Source of the DNA: Eledone cirrhosa | Lineage: Eukaryota | Length of the DNA stretch: 64,000 bases | Direction: 5' to 3' | Assembly (NCBI GenBank): GCA_964016885.1 | Contig: OZ024740.1 | Coordinates: 239,568,001 to 239,632,000, forward strand | In this document: positions 45,067 to 60,708 of the stretch, piece by piece | How the letters are laid out: each line of letters begins with the position of its first letter | Numbering within the stretch: the stretch's first letter is position 1 | Made by a program: the position numbers and the translations under genes | The notes under the pieces: model-generated | Seen by the model: the letters and a program-made list of their open reading frames with translations, nothing else | Told to the model about the DNA's origin: nothing | The model's database searches: none

Positions 45067-45154
45067 TGTGTGTGTGTACATATATATATATGAAAAAGTA
45101 TAACCCCGACAGCAGAGCTCAACCCGTTTTGACGGCTATTGCTGGACTTTAGCT

Positions 45155-45194
45155 CCGAGCTGAGGATCCGCTAAAGTGAAACAATTGTTCTCGG
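45155..45194 (+). ncRNA. Minimal hammerhead (family copies 49517-49555 minus, ~51372-51410 plus)
   Basis: ccgag CTGAGGA tccgctaaagt GAAA CAATTG TT ctcgg; the 49.5-kb copy has stem II t cc gtaa gg t. Confidence 0.75.
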
Positions 45195-45219
45195 TATGAA
45201 CTAACTGTTGTGTAACCAC

Positions 45220-45263
<44 letters not shown>

Positions 45264-45323
45264 CCGTCATTACTGATACAAGATTACACCATTTTACCAG
45301 GGGGAAAAAAATACTGGTCCACC

Positions 45324-45373
<50 letters not shown>

Positions 45374-45491
45374 AACACATACACACGCGTACATCAACAT
45401 ACAAAGAGACTTATACACACACACACACACACGCACTTCTCCGTATAAGACAAAAGCTGAAAAATATCTTTTGACCTTCGAATGACTCTGC

Positions 45492-45552
<61 letters not shown>

Positions 45553-45621
45553 ATCTTAATAGCCATTTGACACACATCGCTGCTGGCCATTGTGGCAGCA
45601 TCGAACACCTTACTACTACTA

Positions 45622-45741
<120 letters not shown>

Positions 45742-45768
45742 ACACACACACATACACACACACACACA

Positions 45769-45831
<63 letters not shown>

Positions 45832-46332
45832 TTGTTGTGAAAGAGTCATTTCTCAATCTTGGCGCAAAACCTATTTTTTATCCACATGACCTCTACCGAC
45901 CAATCAAAATTGTTTTGACCAAGAATTTTTGCTGGAGCCACTTTTTTAACATTTTAACATAAAAACAGTCTTGGCGCAAAATCAACTTTTTACATTCACA
46001 TGACCTCTACCGACCAATCAAAATTGTTTTGACCACAAGCATTTTTGCAACATAAAAATAACGCTGGAGCCACTTTTTTAACATAAAAACAGGTAGAATT
46101 CCCAAAACTAATCAGATCAGAGCAAACAGCACGGACACTCTATCTCAAAATTATTTTCGAAAAGCATTTAGAAATGCGCAACCGGTAAAAACTTAAAAAC
46201 TTAAAACCACAACTGAATACTAACCCATACAATCACTAAAACTCTTTTATTCCTAATTAAACCATTTTTCAACTGTGAACAATTTGTCAGCATTTTCTAT
46301 TCCGTTTACCAAAATATATATATATATATATA

Positions 46333-47078
46333 TAGAAAGATTTGAATGGATACAGTTTAGTTGAAAGGAATTTATTGACACGTGTTTCTATAACAGTTAC
46401 ATAACCTAAAACAGCTATCTACAAACTTTTAGTTATGCAGACATTCAATATTTCAATGTTATTATTTACTGTCATTTCATCAGAATAATATTACTGAGGA
46501 CCTATTTAGTTTTTATAGAGAATATTAGGAGGGAGGGGTGAAGTTGTTAGAAGAATAGTTGAAGGAGTGGTTTTTCGATAGCAGTGAGAATTCTTGGTGG
46601 CAGTGAGTAATTAGATTCCCATCTGTTGTTTTGACATTTTTTATAGAATATATTATTGGTTATTTTTCTAAATCTATAGAAGGATTAGAGATAGTAAAGA
46701 TATGCGTGGTTGGTTTTGTGTTTGCACTTAATTAACATTCAGACTTAAATTTTTCTTTCAAGTGTACGTATCCTTTCACCCACGCATTCACACACAAGTA
46801 TATTTGCACACCTCTACAAAATACATATACTCACAATTCACATATTCATACTTACATATATATACACATGCATACACATATATATACACACATGTATTCA
46901 TATACATACATACGCGCTCATGTGTATACATTTTCATACTCAACTTATCTTTATATACACACGTATAGACACACTCATATATACATACATACTCTAGTAC
47001 ATGTGTACACACATACACATACTTACACATCCATATACACATATATACATACATATATATATATATATATATACATAT

Positions 47079-47149
<71 letters not shown>

Positions 47150-47741
47150 CATATATACATACACATACATATGCACACATATACATACATAAATGTGGAC
47201 GCACAGGGATAGCGACCAAAAGTTTACCCTAAAATGGGAAAAATTAGCTAAAACCCAAAGCTTTTCCAGGAGCCAAAATTTCTGCAAATTATGTAATCTT
47301 GAGATTTATTACATAATCACACACAAGAAGAAACTGCTGAATAACAGAATTGAACGAACATTATTCTGCCGTCACAGAACTAAAACCCTTTTTCCCCACT
47401 ACAAGCCGAATATTACATAAAAGAGGGACATCCCCCAACTATATAAACCTTAATCTAGTTAGAAAAATATAAAAACAATCTCTTCTCAACATATATTAAT
47501 AACCTTAAATTACCACACTAATAATGAAAAGATATGCTGATGAGAATAGGTACAAATATGCGATAATGAATGTGTCTAAAAACGTCCATAAGTATGTATA
47601 TATATGTGAAAATGTATATAAATAAGTAAATATATATATATGTTTGATGTGTATAGTTAGATGTAAGTGTATTCATGTATTAAAGTGCTTATATATATAT
47701 ATGTATGTATATGTGTGTATATGTATGTGTATGTATATATG

Positions 47742-47812
<71 letters not shown>

Positions 47813-48640
47813 ATGTATGTATATATGTGTATATGGATGTGTAAGTATGTGTATGTGTGTACACATGGACTAGAGTATGTATGTATATATGAGTGTGTCT
47901 ATACGTGTGTATATAAAGATAAGTTGAGTATGAAAATGTATACACATGAGCGCGTATGTATGTATATGAATACATGTGTGTATATATATGTGTATGCATG
48001 TGTATATATATGTAAGTATGAATATGTGAATTGTGAGTATATGTATTTTGTAGAGGTGTGCAAATATATTTGTGTGTGAATGCGTGGGTGAAAGGATACG
48101 TACACTTGAAAGAAAAATTTAAGTCTGAATGTTAATTAAGTGCAAACACAAAACCAACCACGCATATCTTTACTATCTCTAATCCTTCTATAGATTTAGA
48201 AAAATAACCAATAATATATTCTATAAAAAATGTCAAAACAACAGATGGGAATCTAATTACTCACTGCCACCAAGAATTCTCACTGCTATCGAAAAACCAC
48301 TCCTTCAACTATTCTTCTAACAACTTCACCCCTCCCTCCTAATATTCTCTATAAAAACTAAATAGGTCCTCAGTAATATTATTCTGATGAAATGACAGTA
48401 AATAATAACATTGAAATATTGAATGTCTGCATAACTAAAAGTTTGTAGATAGCTGTTTTAGGTTATGTAACTGTTATAGAAACACGTGTCAATAAATTCC
48501 TTTCAACTAAACTGTATCCATTCAAATCTTTCTATTTTTCTCCGGATTACTTTTGGAACTACAACTGGAACCGTCGAGCAAACTCTATGTGAGCTGATAA
48601 TCTAATGTGTGTAATATTTATATTACAACACAACGGAAAA
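46333..48640 (+). mobile_element. Severely 5'-truncated PLE with ~850-bp inverted 3' duplication (46333-47190 vs ~47700-48534)
   Basis: Spacer ORF 47193-47420 [30 protein letters not shown] matches the PLE endonuclease C-terminus; long inverted arms. Confidence 0.82.
48379..48495 (+). ncRNA. Hammerhead with branched ~90-nt stem II (inverted copy 46372-46488)
   Basis: ttatt CTGATGA a atgacagt..actgttat a GAAA CACGTG TC aataa. Confidence 0.75.
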
Positions 48641-48642
48641 TA

Positions 48643-48691
<49 letters not shown>

Positions 48692-48927
48692 ATATTAATA
48701 AATGGAAACTATATTTATAAAACCATAATTATTTTATTATATATATTTCAGGGGCAACCAAGGCAAATTATGGTGCGCTTTCATCAGATAAAATACAGAT
48801 TTGTTTTATAAATAAATAAATATTACTAAAATACAGATTTGTTTCATAACACTACTCTGTTGAGTGCTTTATATCAGTTATAAAAATTATTAAGCTTGTT
48901 GAATCCCAACAAATTAAATATAACCTC

Positions 48928-48997
<70 letters not shown>

Positions 48998-49484
48998 TAG
49001 AGAGAGAGAGAGACTGAAATAGAGACACAAAGAGTGAAAGTTTTATGTCTGTGCGTGTGCGTATGTGATATTCTATACTTTCAATATATGACCAGTATCT
49101 ATAGTGACGACTTAATCAATGGTCTGAATACAAATTTTACAGAACTTTTACATTTCCATAAATGGTTTATCTATGTTCATAACTAGGTTTGTATTGTGTT
49201 TCTTTGTCCATAACAGCAACGTCCGATATATATACTTACATATGATACCTACAGCCTTCCTTCAATTCAATTGAATTTAAGTATTTTTATTACGGCTATA
49301 GAGAAATACAACCGACGAAAGTGGAATCTACGTTTTATTGTTTTCAATGAAACAGACCCAATTTCGACTGAGATAGTTTATACATAGCTTTCGATTACTC
49401 ATTCAATACATTCAGACATTATTACGCAAAACCACTTGAACAAACAACCTCCTCCCCCCCGCACGCACACACAAATATATATAT

Positions 49485-50240
49485 AGAAGTGGTTATACAA
49501 CAGTTAATTCACCATACCGAGAACAATTGTTTCACCTTACGGATCTTCAGCTCGGGATGGGCATGGTTATGGGAACAGGAAGGACAACCGTATGAACGCG
49601 CATGCGCAGAAACCCGGTTACTTCACACAGGCAATACTAGACTGCGTGCGAGAGGTGTAAGGGAGATAACTGCGAAAGTCCGAAAAGATTTTAGGTTGAA
49701 AATAAAATAAAATTACAAAGAATCAGTCCGGAGTCTCGTAGTTATGTAATAGGTGTTTGGCGACGTGTGGACAACATGTGAAAAATTCACTTCTCGTGTT
49801 TAAGCAATCACTATTGCGTAATCTCTTTAGAATAGTTATTCGTTCTTCAATACATAAGCCACACGTCGGATTTCCCCTTGCGTATGGTTTGGACTTAGTG
49901 ATAGTTTTCCATTGGATGGAGTAGTCTGTACTTGAGTCCTTCAGGGACCATACGTGGCTTGCGAGTTTCGTGGATGAACGTCTCCGGGTATCTGAAGGTA
50001 GACTGGTGGTTCAGGAAACGTTCCTTGAATCGGCCCTTCGCCATGCCCACATAGGATTTGACCTCCTAGGGTTAGTTTGGTCGGTTGGAAGTGACCACAG
50101 CTTCATCGATTACAGCTGGTGTGTCGCATTGCTGTTGAAGAGGGAAAGCTTCAGGCTTACGGGAAGAGCACCCTGGTGGGGTGTTGCTCCTAGGGCTGCT
50201 GGTGATGTGGGCCTTCATGTTCTTAGTGCAGGAGTATCCT
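49485..50240 (-). mobile_element. PLE 3' fragment: decayed GIY-YIG plus 3' UTR with hammerhead
   Basis: PLQQQCDTPAVI.EAVV, SYVGMAKGRFKERFLNHQSTF, QWKTITKSKPY..CGLCIEE; HHR at 49517-49555. Confidence 0.8.
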
Positions 50241-50317
50241 AGTTTAACTCTAAAGAGAGAGAGCGATAAAAAAGAAAAAAAAATTTTTCTACCTGATAAT
50301 CGTCTCTTTCTCCCTGT

Positions 50318-50360
<43 letters not shown>

Positions 50361-50549
50361 AGGTGAGTTTTATTGTAGTACAATAAAGCAATGTAGATTG
50401 TTCTTATATAATATATATATATATATATATATAAAGAATTAATATCTAGTAACATATATATACATACAGATGCATATCAATGCTAGCAAATATATAGGTT
50501 TTGTCTTAGTAACATTGTGGTTCAATGCATGGGGTTGCAGAACAATAAT

Positions 50550-51295
<746 letters not shown>

Positions 51296-51527
51296 AGTGG
51301 TTACACAACAGTTAGTTCACCATACGCGTTCGTACGGTTATCCTTCCTGTTCCGTATAACCATGTCCATTACGAGTTGAGGATCCGCTAAGGTGAAACAA
51401 TTGTTCTCGGTATGGTGAATTAACTGTTGTGTAACCACTTCTACCTAACTCGTCCCATGGACTTAGTGATCTACCACTACGGATATTACCTTCCAGTGTT
51501 CTACCATATATATATATATATATATAT

Positions 51528-52334
51528 GAAAACAGGGAGAAAGAGACGATTATTAGGAAGAAAAATATTTATTTTCCTTTTTTATCGCTCTCTCTCTTTT
51601 TTCTGGGTTAGAAAATGATTAAAACGAAATGTTTTACTTTGTGTGAAGTATTAAGGTATTAGTTGATTTATTTATTAATTAACAATGGAATTTATTTATC
51701 TATTTATATATTTAATAATTGTCTATTACCGGTTTCAACATTTTTATGCATTATCAAATGATAGTGGTATGTATTGGTGTAGAATGGTGGTGTTGCACAT
51801 GTTAAAGAAATGGTGCAGAAAGAATAATGTTATTTACAAACAAGGTTTATGAAGTGAAAAGAAAAAAGAAAAAAGAAAAAAGAAAAAAGAAAAAAGAAAA
51901 AAGAAAAAAGAAAAAAGAAAAAAGAAAAAAGAAAAAAAGAAAAAAGAAAAAAGAAAAAAGAAAAAAGAAAAAAGAAAAAAAGAAAAAGGAGCGTATGTAG
52001 AGCATAAAAAGTAAATGTGAAAGAAAAAATAATTGTTTCTACTTTTGGCACAAGGCCAGCAATTACCCAGTGCATTACTGGTACTTTATTTTATCGACCC
52101 CGTAAGTATGAAAGGCAAAGTTAACCTCGGCGGGATTTGAACTCAGATCATAAAGGAACGTAACTCTATACTTCAAAGCATGGTGTCCGACTCTCTACCG
52201 ATACTGCCAATCCGCCGCCCTGTGAAAGAAAAAATAATGTTATTTACAAGCATAGTTCTTGAAGTTAAGCAGATCAAAATGGATTAATATAGCAAGGGTG
52301 CCTATTTGATCCATGATTCCATGATAGAGGCAAA
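51528..52334 (-). mobile_element. Solo 3' end of the PLE family at 427-900, interrupted by (GAAAAAA)n and a SINE (52030-52221)
   Basis: Similar to 430-900; SINE flanked by the duplication tgtgaaagaaaaa(a)taat. Confidence 0.85.
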
Positions 52335-52346
52335 TATATATATATA

Positions 52347-53229
52347 CGAGGTGTGTCAGAAAAGTTCCAGGACTGATGTGACAAAAGATTTATTTCAAAC
52401 CCAAACTTCACACTAAGTGTTTCTCCTTTAAAGTAATCCCCCTGGAGTATGTAACTGTAATCTTAGCTCTCTGAAGCGATCAAATTTTTTCTTCATAATT
52501 TTATATACATGTCCTCTGTTTCAGGTCGTCGAGCAATGAGCACCGAGCAACGAACATACTTGAAGTTTCTGGTAGGGTTGGGGAGAACTCCGTCAGAAGC
52601 ACTGGGATTGCTGCAGCAAGTGTATGGAGATGAGACGATGTCACGCTCACGTGTTTTTGAATGATGCAAGATGAACCCAGGAGCGGAAGGCCCTCAACAA
52701 CAAGGACTGAGGTCTACGTTGAGCGCGTCAGGCAGATGGTGCGTAGCGGTCGTCGCCTGACTGTTCGACTGATAGCAAATGAGCCGGGCATGAATCGGGA
52801 CAGCGTCTGGAGATTCTCACTGAAGATTTGGACATGCGGAAAGTCTGCGCGAAGATGGTGCCAAAACTGCTGAACGATGACCAGAAGGGTCGACGCATGC
52901 AAGTGTGCCAGGACATCCTCAAGCGTCTTGAAACCGAACCAGACTTGCAAGGGACAGTCATCACCGGTGATGAGTCATGGATCTTCGAGTACGACCCGGA
53001 GGGGACCCGTTTTGAAGACGTGGACAACATCAAAATGGCCGTGACGACGGAACTGCGGATGATCCCGGAAGAATCCTTCCAGGAGTGCATGCAAGCGTGG
53101 CAGAAAAGGATGGAAAGGTGCATTAGACTCCAGAGGGATTACTTTGAAGGAGAAAACTCTTAGTGTGAAGTTTGGGTTTGAAATAAATCTTTTGTGACAT
53201 CAGTCCTGGAACTTTTCTGACACACCTCA
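52347..53229 (+). mobile_element. Internally deleted mariner transposon
   Basis: ~70-bp TIRs (cgaggtgtgtcagaaaagttccaggactga..), TA flanks; DEPRSGRPST, RKVCAKMVPKLL, VITGDESWIFEYDPE joined directly to the C-terminus (YSPDL region deleted). Confidence 0.93.
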
Positions 53230-53250
53230 TATATATATATATATATATAT

Positions 53251-56200
53251 ATTAGAAAGATCGAGTATCGAAAAATCGGCGCACGAGTTAACGAAAAACG
53301 AAATCCGATATGAGCGGCAGAGGGCTCAATAATTCAGATGAATCAGAGCTATAACTATCGTTAAAATACCGTCACATATAGAACAAGTCTACAATCAACC
53401 ATACGATTTAAAATCGATAAAGGAAGATTCGGGCCAAACAGATAAAAAATATCAATAAAACAATACGTCAATAATTTAAATGAATGTAAAATCATACCCG
53501 GACCCACTAGAAAGGTGTTAAATCTAGCTTCATGGGTTTCTGTAAATCCTTAGACAGTACTCTATCAGCTCACATATAAATATAAAAGCCTACTAGAATA
53601 AGTGGAATGGAGTTTACGTTGTCAACGAGTTTTATCCTGGCGGCAAAGGAGTCAACTAGCGGTGAAAAACGCACATGGCATTAGACAAGGGAGATGACCC
53701 CTATATCCGCGAAAATAATTCGAGTGAATGTGGAAATACACATATCGAATTAGAGTGCTCAATAGACATGTTAAAATAAAACAAAAGCTATTCATCACTC
53801 AATAGAATCGACAAAATATGAGCAATAAAATTAACTGGTGGATAGCTATGTCCAGAGCTAAATATATTAGAAAGATCGAGTATCGAAAAATCGGCGCACG
53901 AGTTAACGAAAAACGAAATCCGATATGAGCGGCAGAGGGCTCAATAATTCAGATGAATCAGAGCTATAACTATCGTTAAAATACCGTCACATATAGAACA
54001 AGTCTACAATCAACCATACGATTTAAAATCGATAAAGGAAGATTCGGGCCAAACAGATAAAAAATATCAATAAAACAATACGTCAATAATTTAAATGAAT
54101 GTAAAATCATACCCGGACCCACTAGAAAGGTGTTAAATCTAGCTTCATGGGTTTCTGTAAATCCTTAGACAGTACTCTATCAGCTCACATATAAATATAA
54201 AAGCCTACTAGAATAAGTGGAATGGAGTTTACGTTGTCAACGAGTTTTATCCTGGCGGCAAAGGAGTCAACTAGCGGTGAAAAACGCACATGGCATTAGA
54301 CAAGGGAGATGACCCCTATATCCGCGAAAATAATTCGAGTGAATGTGGAAATACACATATCGAATTAGAGTGCTCAATAGACATGTTAAAATAAAACAAA
54401 AGCTATTCATCACTCAATAGAATCGACAAAATATGAGCAATAAAATTAACTGGTGGATAGCTATGTCCAGAGCTAAATATATTAGAAAGATCGAGTATCG
54501 AAAAATCGGCGCACGAGTTAACGAAAAACGAAATCCGATATGAGCGGCAGAGGGCTCAATAATTCAGATGAATCAGAGCTATAACTATCGTTAAAATACC
54601 GTCACATATAGAACAAGTCTACAATCAACCATACGATTTAAAATCGATAAAGGAAGATTCGGGCCAAACAGATAAAAAATATCAATAAAACAATACGTCA
54701 ATAATTTAAATGAATGTAAAATCATACCCGGACCCACTAGAAAGGTGTTAAATCTAGCTTCATGGGTTTCTGTAAATCCTTAGACAGTACTCTATCAGCT
54801 CACATATAAATATAAAAGCCTACTAGAATAAGTGGAATGGAGTTTACGTTGTCAACGAGTTTTATCCTGGCGGCAAAGGAGTCAACTAGCGGTGAAAAAC
54901 GCACATGGCATTAGACAAGGGAGATGACCCCTATATCCGCGAAAATAATTCGAGTGAATGTGGAAATACACATATCGAATTAGAGTGCTCAATAGACATG
55001 TTAAAATAAAACAAAAGCTATTCATCACTCAATAGAATCGACAAAATATGAGCAATAAAATTAACTGGTGGATAGCTATGTCCAGAGCTAAATATATTAG
55101 AAAGATCGAGTATCGAAAAATCGGCGCACGAGTTAACGAAAAACGAAATCCGATATGAGCGGCAGAGGGCTCAATAATTCAGATGAATCAGAGCTATAAC
55201 TATCGTTAAAATACCGTCACATATAGAACAAGTCTACAATCAACCATACGATTTAAAATCGATAAAGGAAGATTCGGGCCAAACAGATAAAAAATATCAA
55301 TAAAACAATACGTCAATAATTTAAATGAATGTAAAATCATACCCGGACCCACTAGAAAGGTGTTAAATCTAGCTTCATGGGTTTCTGTAAATCCTTAGAC
55401 AGTACTCTATCAGCTCACATATAAATATAAAAGCCTACTAGAATAAGTGGAATGGAGTTTACGTTGTCAACGAGTTTTATCCTGGCGGCAAAGGAGTCAA
55501 CTAGCGGTGAAAAACGCACATGGCATTAGACAAGGGAGATGACCCCTATATCCGCGAAAATAATTCGAGTGAATGTGGAAATACACATATCGAATTAGAG
55601 TGCTCAATAGACATGTTAAAATAAAACAAAAGCTATTCATCACTCAATAGAATCGACAAAATATGAGCAATAAAATTAACTGGTGGATAGCTATGTCCAG
55701 AGCTAAATATATTAGAAAGATCGAGTATCGAAAAATCGGCGCACGAGTTAACGAAAAACGAAATCCGATATGAGCGGCAGAGGGCTCAATAATTCAGATG
55801 AATCAGAGCTATAACTATCGTTAAAATACCGTCACATATAGAACAAGTCTACAATCAACCATACGATTTAAAATCGATAAAGGAAGATTCGGGCCAAACA
55901 GATAAAAAATATCAATAAAACAATACGTCAATAATTTAAATGAATGTAAAATCATACCCGGACCCACTAGAAAGGTGTTAAATCTAGCTTCATGGGTTTC
56001 TGTAAATCCTTAGACAGTACTCTATCAGCTCACATATAAATATAAAAGCCTACTAGAATAAGTGGAATGGAGTTTACGTTGTCAACGAGTTTTATCCTGG
56101 CGGCAAAGGAGTCAACTAGCGGTGAAAAACGCACATGGCATTAGACAAGGGAGATGACCCCTATATCCGCGAAAATAATTCGAGTGAATGTGGAAATACA

Positions 56201-56446
56201 CATATCGAATTAGAGTGCTCAATAGACATGTTAAAATAAAACAAAAGCTATTCATCACTCAATAGAATCGACAAAATATGAGCAATAAAATTAACTGGTG
56301 GATAGCTATGTCCAGAGCTAAATATATTAGAAAGATCGAGTATCGAAAAATCGGCGCACGAGTTAACGAAAAACGAAATCCGATATGAGCGGCAGAGGGC
56401 TCAATAATTCAGATGAATCAGAGCTATAACTATCGTTAAAATACCG
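53251..56446 (-). repeat. Tandem array of 5.2 x 615-bp ORF-less units, each with a hammerhead; retrozyme-like
   Basis: Unit starts attagaaagatcgag at 53251, 53866, 54481, 55096, 55711, 56326; copies look identical by eye; (TA)n on both sides. Confidence 0.93.
53496..53630 (-). ncRNA. Type I hammerhead, U3-A8 variant, GUC site (copies 54111-54245, 54726-54860, 55341-55475, 55956-56090)
   Basis: actcg TTGACAA c gtaaactcc..ggatttac a GAAA ccca tgaag ctaga..tctag tggg TC cgggt; stems I, II and III all pair. Confidence 0.78.
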
Positions 56447-56447
56447 T

Positions 56448-56546
<99 letters not shown>

Positions 56547-56547
56547 T

Positions 56548-56619
<72 letters not shown>

Positions 56620-56621
56620 AG

Positions 56622-56664
<43 letters not shown>

Positions 56665-57892
56665 GAGAAATATATATATATATATAGAAAGAGATAGCTA
56701 GCTAGATAGATATGCACTCGTAATTTTACGTGAATGGTCCTCTGTGTTCGTTTGTGTGTGCTTTGTGCATATATTCATATATATTTGACCTATCTATGTC
56801 TGTAAATATGTATATGATTCCGTACAGCCTTGTCTGCATATATACATTGACCTTTCTATAGAGGTATTTCAGTAACTTGCGTTTTGTTTTGTAGGGAAAG
56901 TGAAATAACTTTTATTTCTTTTCTAAATAGTGTTTACTGAATACTAGTTGAACAAGTTAGATGTAAAACATTCAACTAAATTCTGTTCTATATCTATTAT
57001 ATCTCCTATTGTTTCATTGTGCCAGACGATTCAGATTTTAAAAATGTATGTAAAATCGTTTTTCTTCTCCTCTGGGATTTTTTTTTACTATTAATGTCAT
57101 GTTAAGATGTCTAGGAGAAAAAATGTTATCATTGGTGTAAATAGATTAATTATAGATTAATAGCCGTTATCTCACGTAACAACAGAAGGTCAATAAATAT
57201 CTGACAGAGTTGTTGTGCTACATTTCAGATGCCAGACAGCAAAGCCTCTTTTTTTATACATACTAATTAAATCTATTCATGAACATAACACTAGGCCAAC
57301 ACTGGATTTTCTTGAATTTTTTTCATCGTTAATAAGAATACCATATATATGGGCAGCTTCGATTATAGATTATCTAAAACCTACTCTTGTTATCTTCTAT
57401 TCTTATTTTACTACGGTTGGGATTGTAGTGCCTATTGATTCACTAGGCCAGAGTAGTTTTAAACAACCCATCAACATTACAATAAAATATGTTGCTTGAA
57501 CAGATGTTTTGTTTGTCATAAGATAAAACTTAAGTGTTTACACACGAACTTTGTACTTCACAATAAAAATCATTATTTCTTAACGACAGTCTTTTTCTAA
57601 TGCTAAGTGACCCAACCACTACTGACATTTAAGCGTAGGCTGGTTATACATGGAATTAATTTCGGTTTTTGTTGTTTTTGTTGTCAAACAACAAAGTTCT
57701 TTTTTATTGATTCTCCTCATCCTGGTAGAATTAGCGACAGAGAACGAAAAGAGACAAAGCAAGTCAGGGAGAAAATGTGAGAATGGGGAGGAGATGGGAA
57801 AATAAATACATCAAGAAAATATAAGTTAATAGATTTCAGTGATACTGGGGGAATGGTACAAGTGGATATCTTAAGGAGAGTTGTGCAGTGGG

Positions 57893-57968
<76 letters not shown>

Positions 57969-58181
57969 ATGTGTGTGTGTATGCATGTATATATGTAAGA
58001 TAAAATTAATGTAGGTATAACAATCATCTTTACATGTTTATAACTGGCTGAGCACCAGAATTTAGCTGAAATATTCAGTCAGTTTTGCATCATAACGTGA
58101 AATCGTATACGACATAATTAATTAAATAATAAATATACACACCGCAGCTTGCATGATTCCGCGCGCGCGCGTAGCCACAGG

Positions 58182-58248
<67 letters not shown>

Positions 58249-58589
58249 TGTAAAAAACATTTCTATTTCTTCTTTAATTTCTCATTCTATTTTGTTATGA
58301 AGGACTAGCGGCCGAAACGTTATGAATTTTTTCCTACTATATCAAGTGTAAAATTAATATATTTCTTCATTATACTGTCGTTTGCTTTGTTATTTCTGTT
58401 TGCATGTTGTATACATACATCATATGATGGCTGCCCCTCGTTATCGAGTATGGCCATTGCACGAGAAAAAAACATACATAATAATAACAATAATAATAAT
58501 AATAACAACAATAATAATAACGACAACAACAACAATAATAATACACATATATATATACACACACACAAACATATCTATACACACACACG

Positions 58590-59225
58590 ATAGCAATTAA
58601 CAGCGCTGTGATCGAATGTGGCTTTTTAGCCCAGTCAATGATCTAAAATGTCTTGCACAGAGTCGGCAACCAAAACATTCACTGGGAATAGCCAGCTATG
58701 GTTGGAGTTTGTGTACTTTTGCATGTCGTTTGAGCCCTCCTGCTGATTTACATTCTCTACCACATGCTTGGCAAGCATGATGAGTAGCATCTCCAACAGC
58801 AGCCTGGTAGTTAACCACTGGTCTTACTTTATGACTGCGAAGATGACTTTCAGTCCAGCTTTGCTTAGGCAGAGTCTCGCTGTACAGACGCTGTATGTCA
58901 GCACCATAGGAGCACCTTCGCCGTATGGAAGTGCAACAGCAATGCCCTTCCTCACATCCCGCTTTACTTTCTCGTATGCGATTCGAGATGCCTCAAAGGC
59001 AACTTTTCCCTCATATACAGTCTTTCTCCATTTATTACGATCAGCAGCAACATTTTCCCATGTATCAGCAGAGATGTTAGAGTCTTTCAAAGAGGCTTTC
59101 AAGGAATCCTTATACCTTTTTGGGGGGTTTATGTGGCGGTCGTTTTCCTTTAACTAACTCTCCATAAAAGAGTTGTTTTGGTATTCTAGAATCCTTCAAC
59201 CTGGCAAGGTGACCACTCCACGGAG
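58590..59225 (-). pseudogene. RTE/BovB-type LINE 3' fragment
   Basis: WSGHLARLKDSRIPKQL, KRYKDSLKASLK..TWENVAADRNKWRKTVYEG. Confidence 0.82.
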
Positions 59226-59743
59226 TCGTTGCTTAAGCACAAGAGCTTCTATACTGTCACACATACATACATACATACATACATACATACATACATACAT
59301 ACATACATACATACATACATACATACATACATACATACATTAAAAACAGCAGCTTCATCATCCGAGTATGATGCCAGACCTTGGCGATTTCATCAGGTGT
59401 TAATTGCAGAATTAGTTTTATAAGAAAACAGGATTTTGCCGAACACAAACAGAGAATATAAAATCAAAAATAGAGGACCGATTTTGATTCAAAAATGACC
59501 CACCAATTCCGTGTTATTGTAACGGCTGGTCATCCCCGTATATCACACAGGTGAAACATTATGGGTTAGTAGGCGTGATGGAGGGGGTTGCACCAACCAC
59601 TGGATTCCACATCTACGAAGGATGATCTACATAATGTACGTCGAGAGCTTTAGTTCGTTGTATTATCGCTTACTAACCGGAATCACCAGTTCCACTCATT
59701 GGCAGAAACGTAACATAAATGGGATATATACATATATATATAA

Positions 59744-59782
<39 letters not shown>

Positions 59783-60248
59783 CATACATTGGAGTAATGA
59801 TATTGATACATATGCGTATATACAATATATGATGTGATGACACTTTCTAAATAAAATACAATATATTCCATGGTATGATGCCATCACATCACATCATATA
59901 TTCCATATATTGTATTTTATTTAGAAAGTGTCATCACATCATTGCATATACAGTATTTTATTTTTCCTTACTGTATTCTATTTTATTGTATTTTATTTTA
60001 TTGTATTTTTTATTTCTTATTTTTTTATTTCACTTCATTATTTTACTTTATCTCACTCTACTCAATTTTCACACTATGCTTTGAATGTTTGCGACACCCA
60101 CATTATACTCAGAGAGACGGTAGAGTGCGTATGTGTATGGGTGTGTATGTACGTGTGTCTGTATGTGTACGTGTATGTGTACGTGTGTGTGTATGTATGT
60201 GTGTCTATGTGCGTGCATATATATATATACATACAGACATACATACTT

Positions 60249-60285
<37 letters not shown>

Positions 60286-60555
60286 AATATATACATATAT
60301 ACAATATACGTGTGTCTATGGGTGTGTGTCTATGTATGTATATCTATGTACATATATATATATACATATATATATGTACATAGATATACATACATAGACA
60401 CAAACATATATGTACGTATGGATATATATATATGTATGTGTGAGTATGTCTATATATACATGTATGTACGTATATGTATGTATACGTGGGGTGTGTGGTT
60501 GTAGGCTTATGTATTTATGTGTGTGTGTATATATGTGTGTACACGTATGTGTATA

Positions 60556-60623
<68 letters not shown>

Positions 60624-60640
60624 CATACATATATATATAT

Positions 60641-60708
<68 letters not shown>

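Noticed and set aside
53555-53575. Minus-strand CTGATAGA as the hammerhead core of the 615-bp unit
   Set aside because: It gives no stem I; it lies inside the stem II extension of the better-pairing TTGACAA fold.
53251-56446. 615-bp array as CRISPR, rDNA or a coding repeat
   Set aside because: No spacer variation, no rRNA or tRNA similarity recognised, and no ORF in the supplied track.
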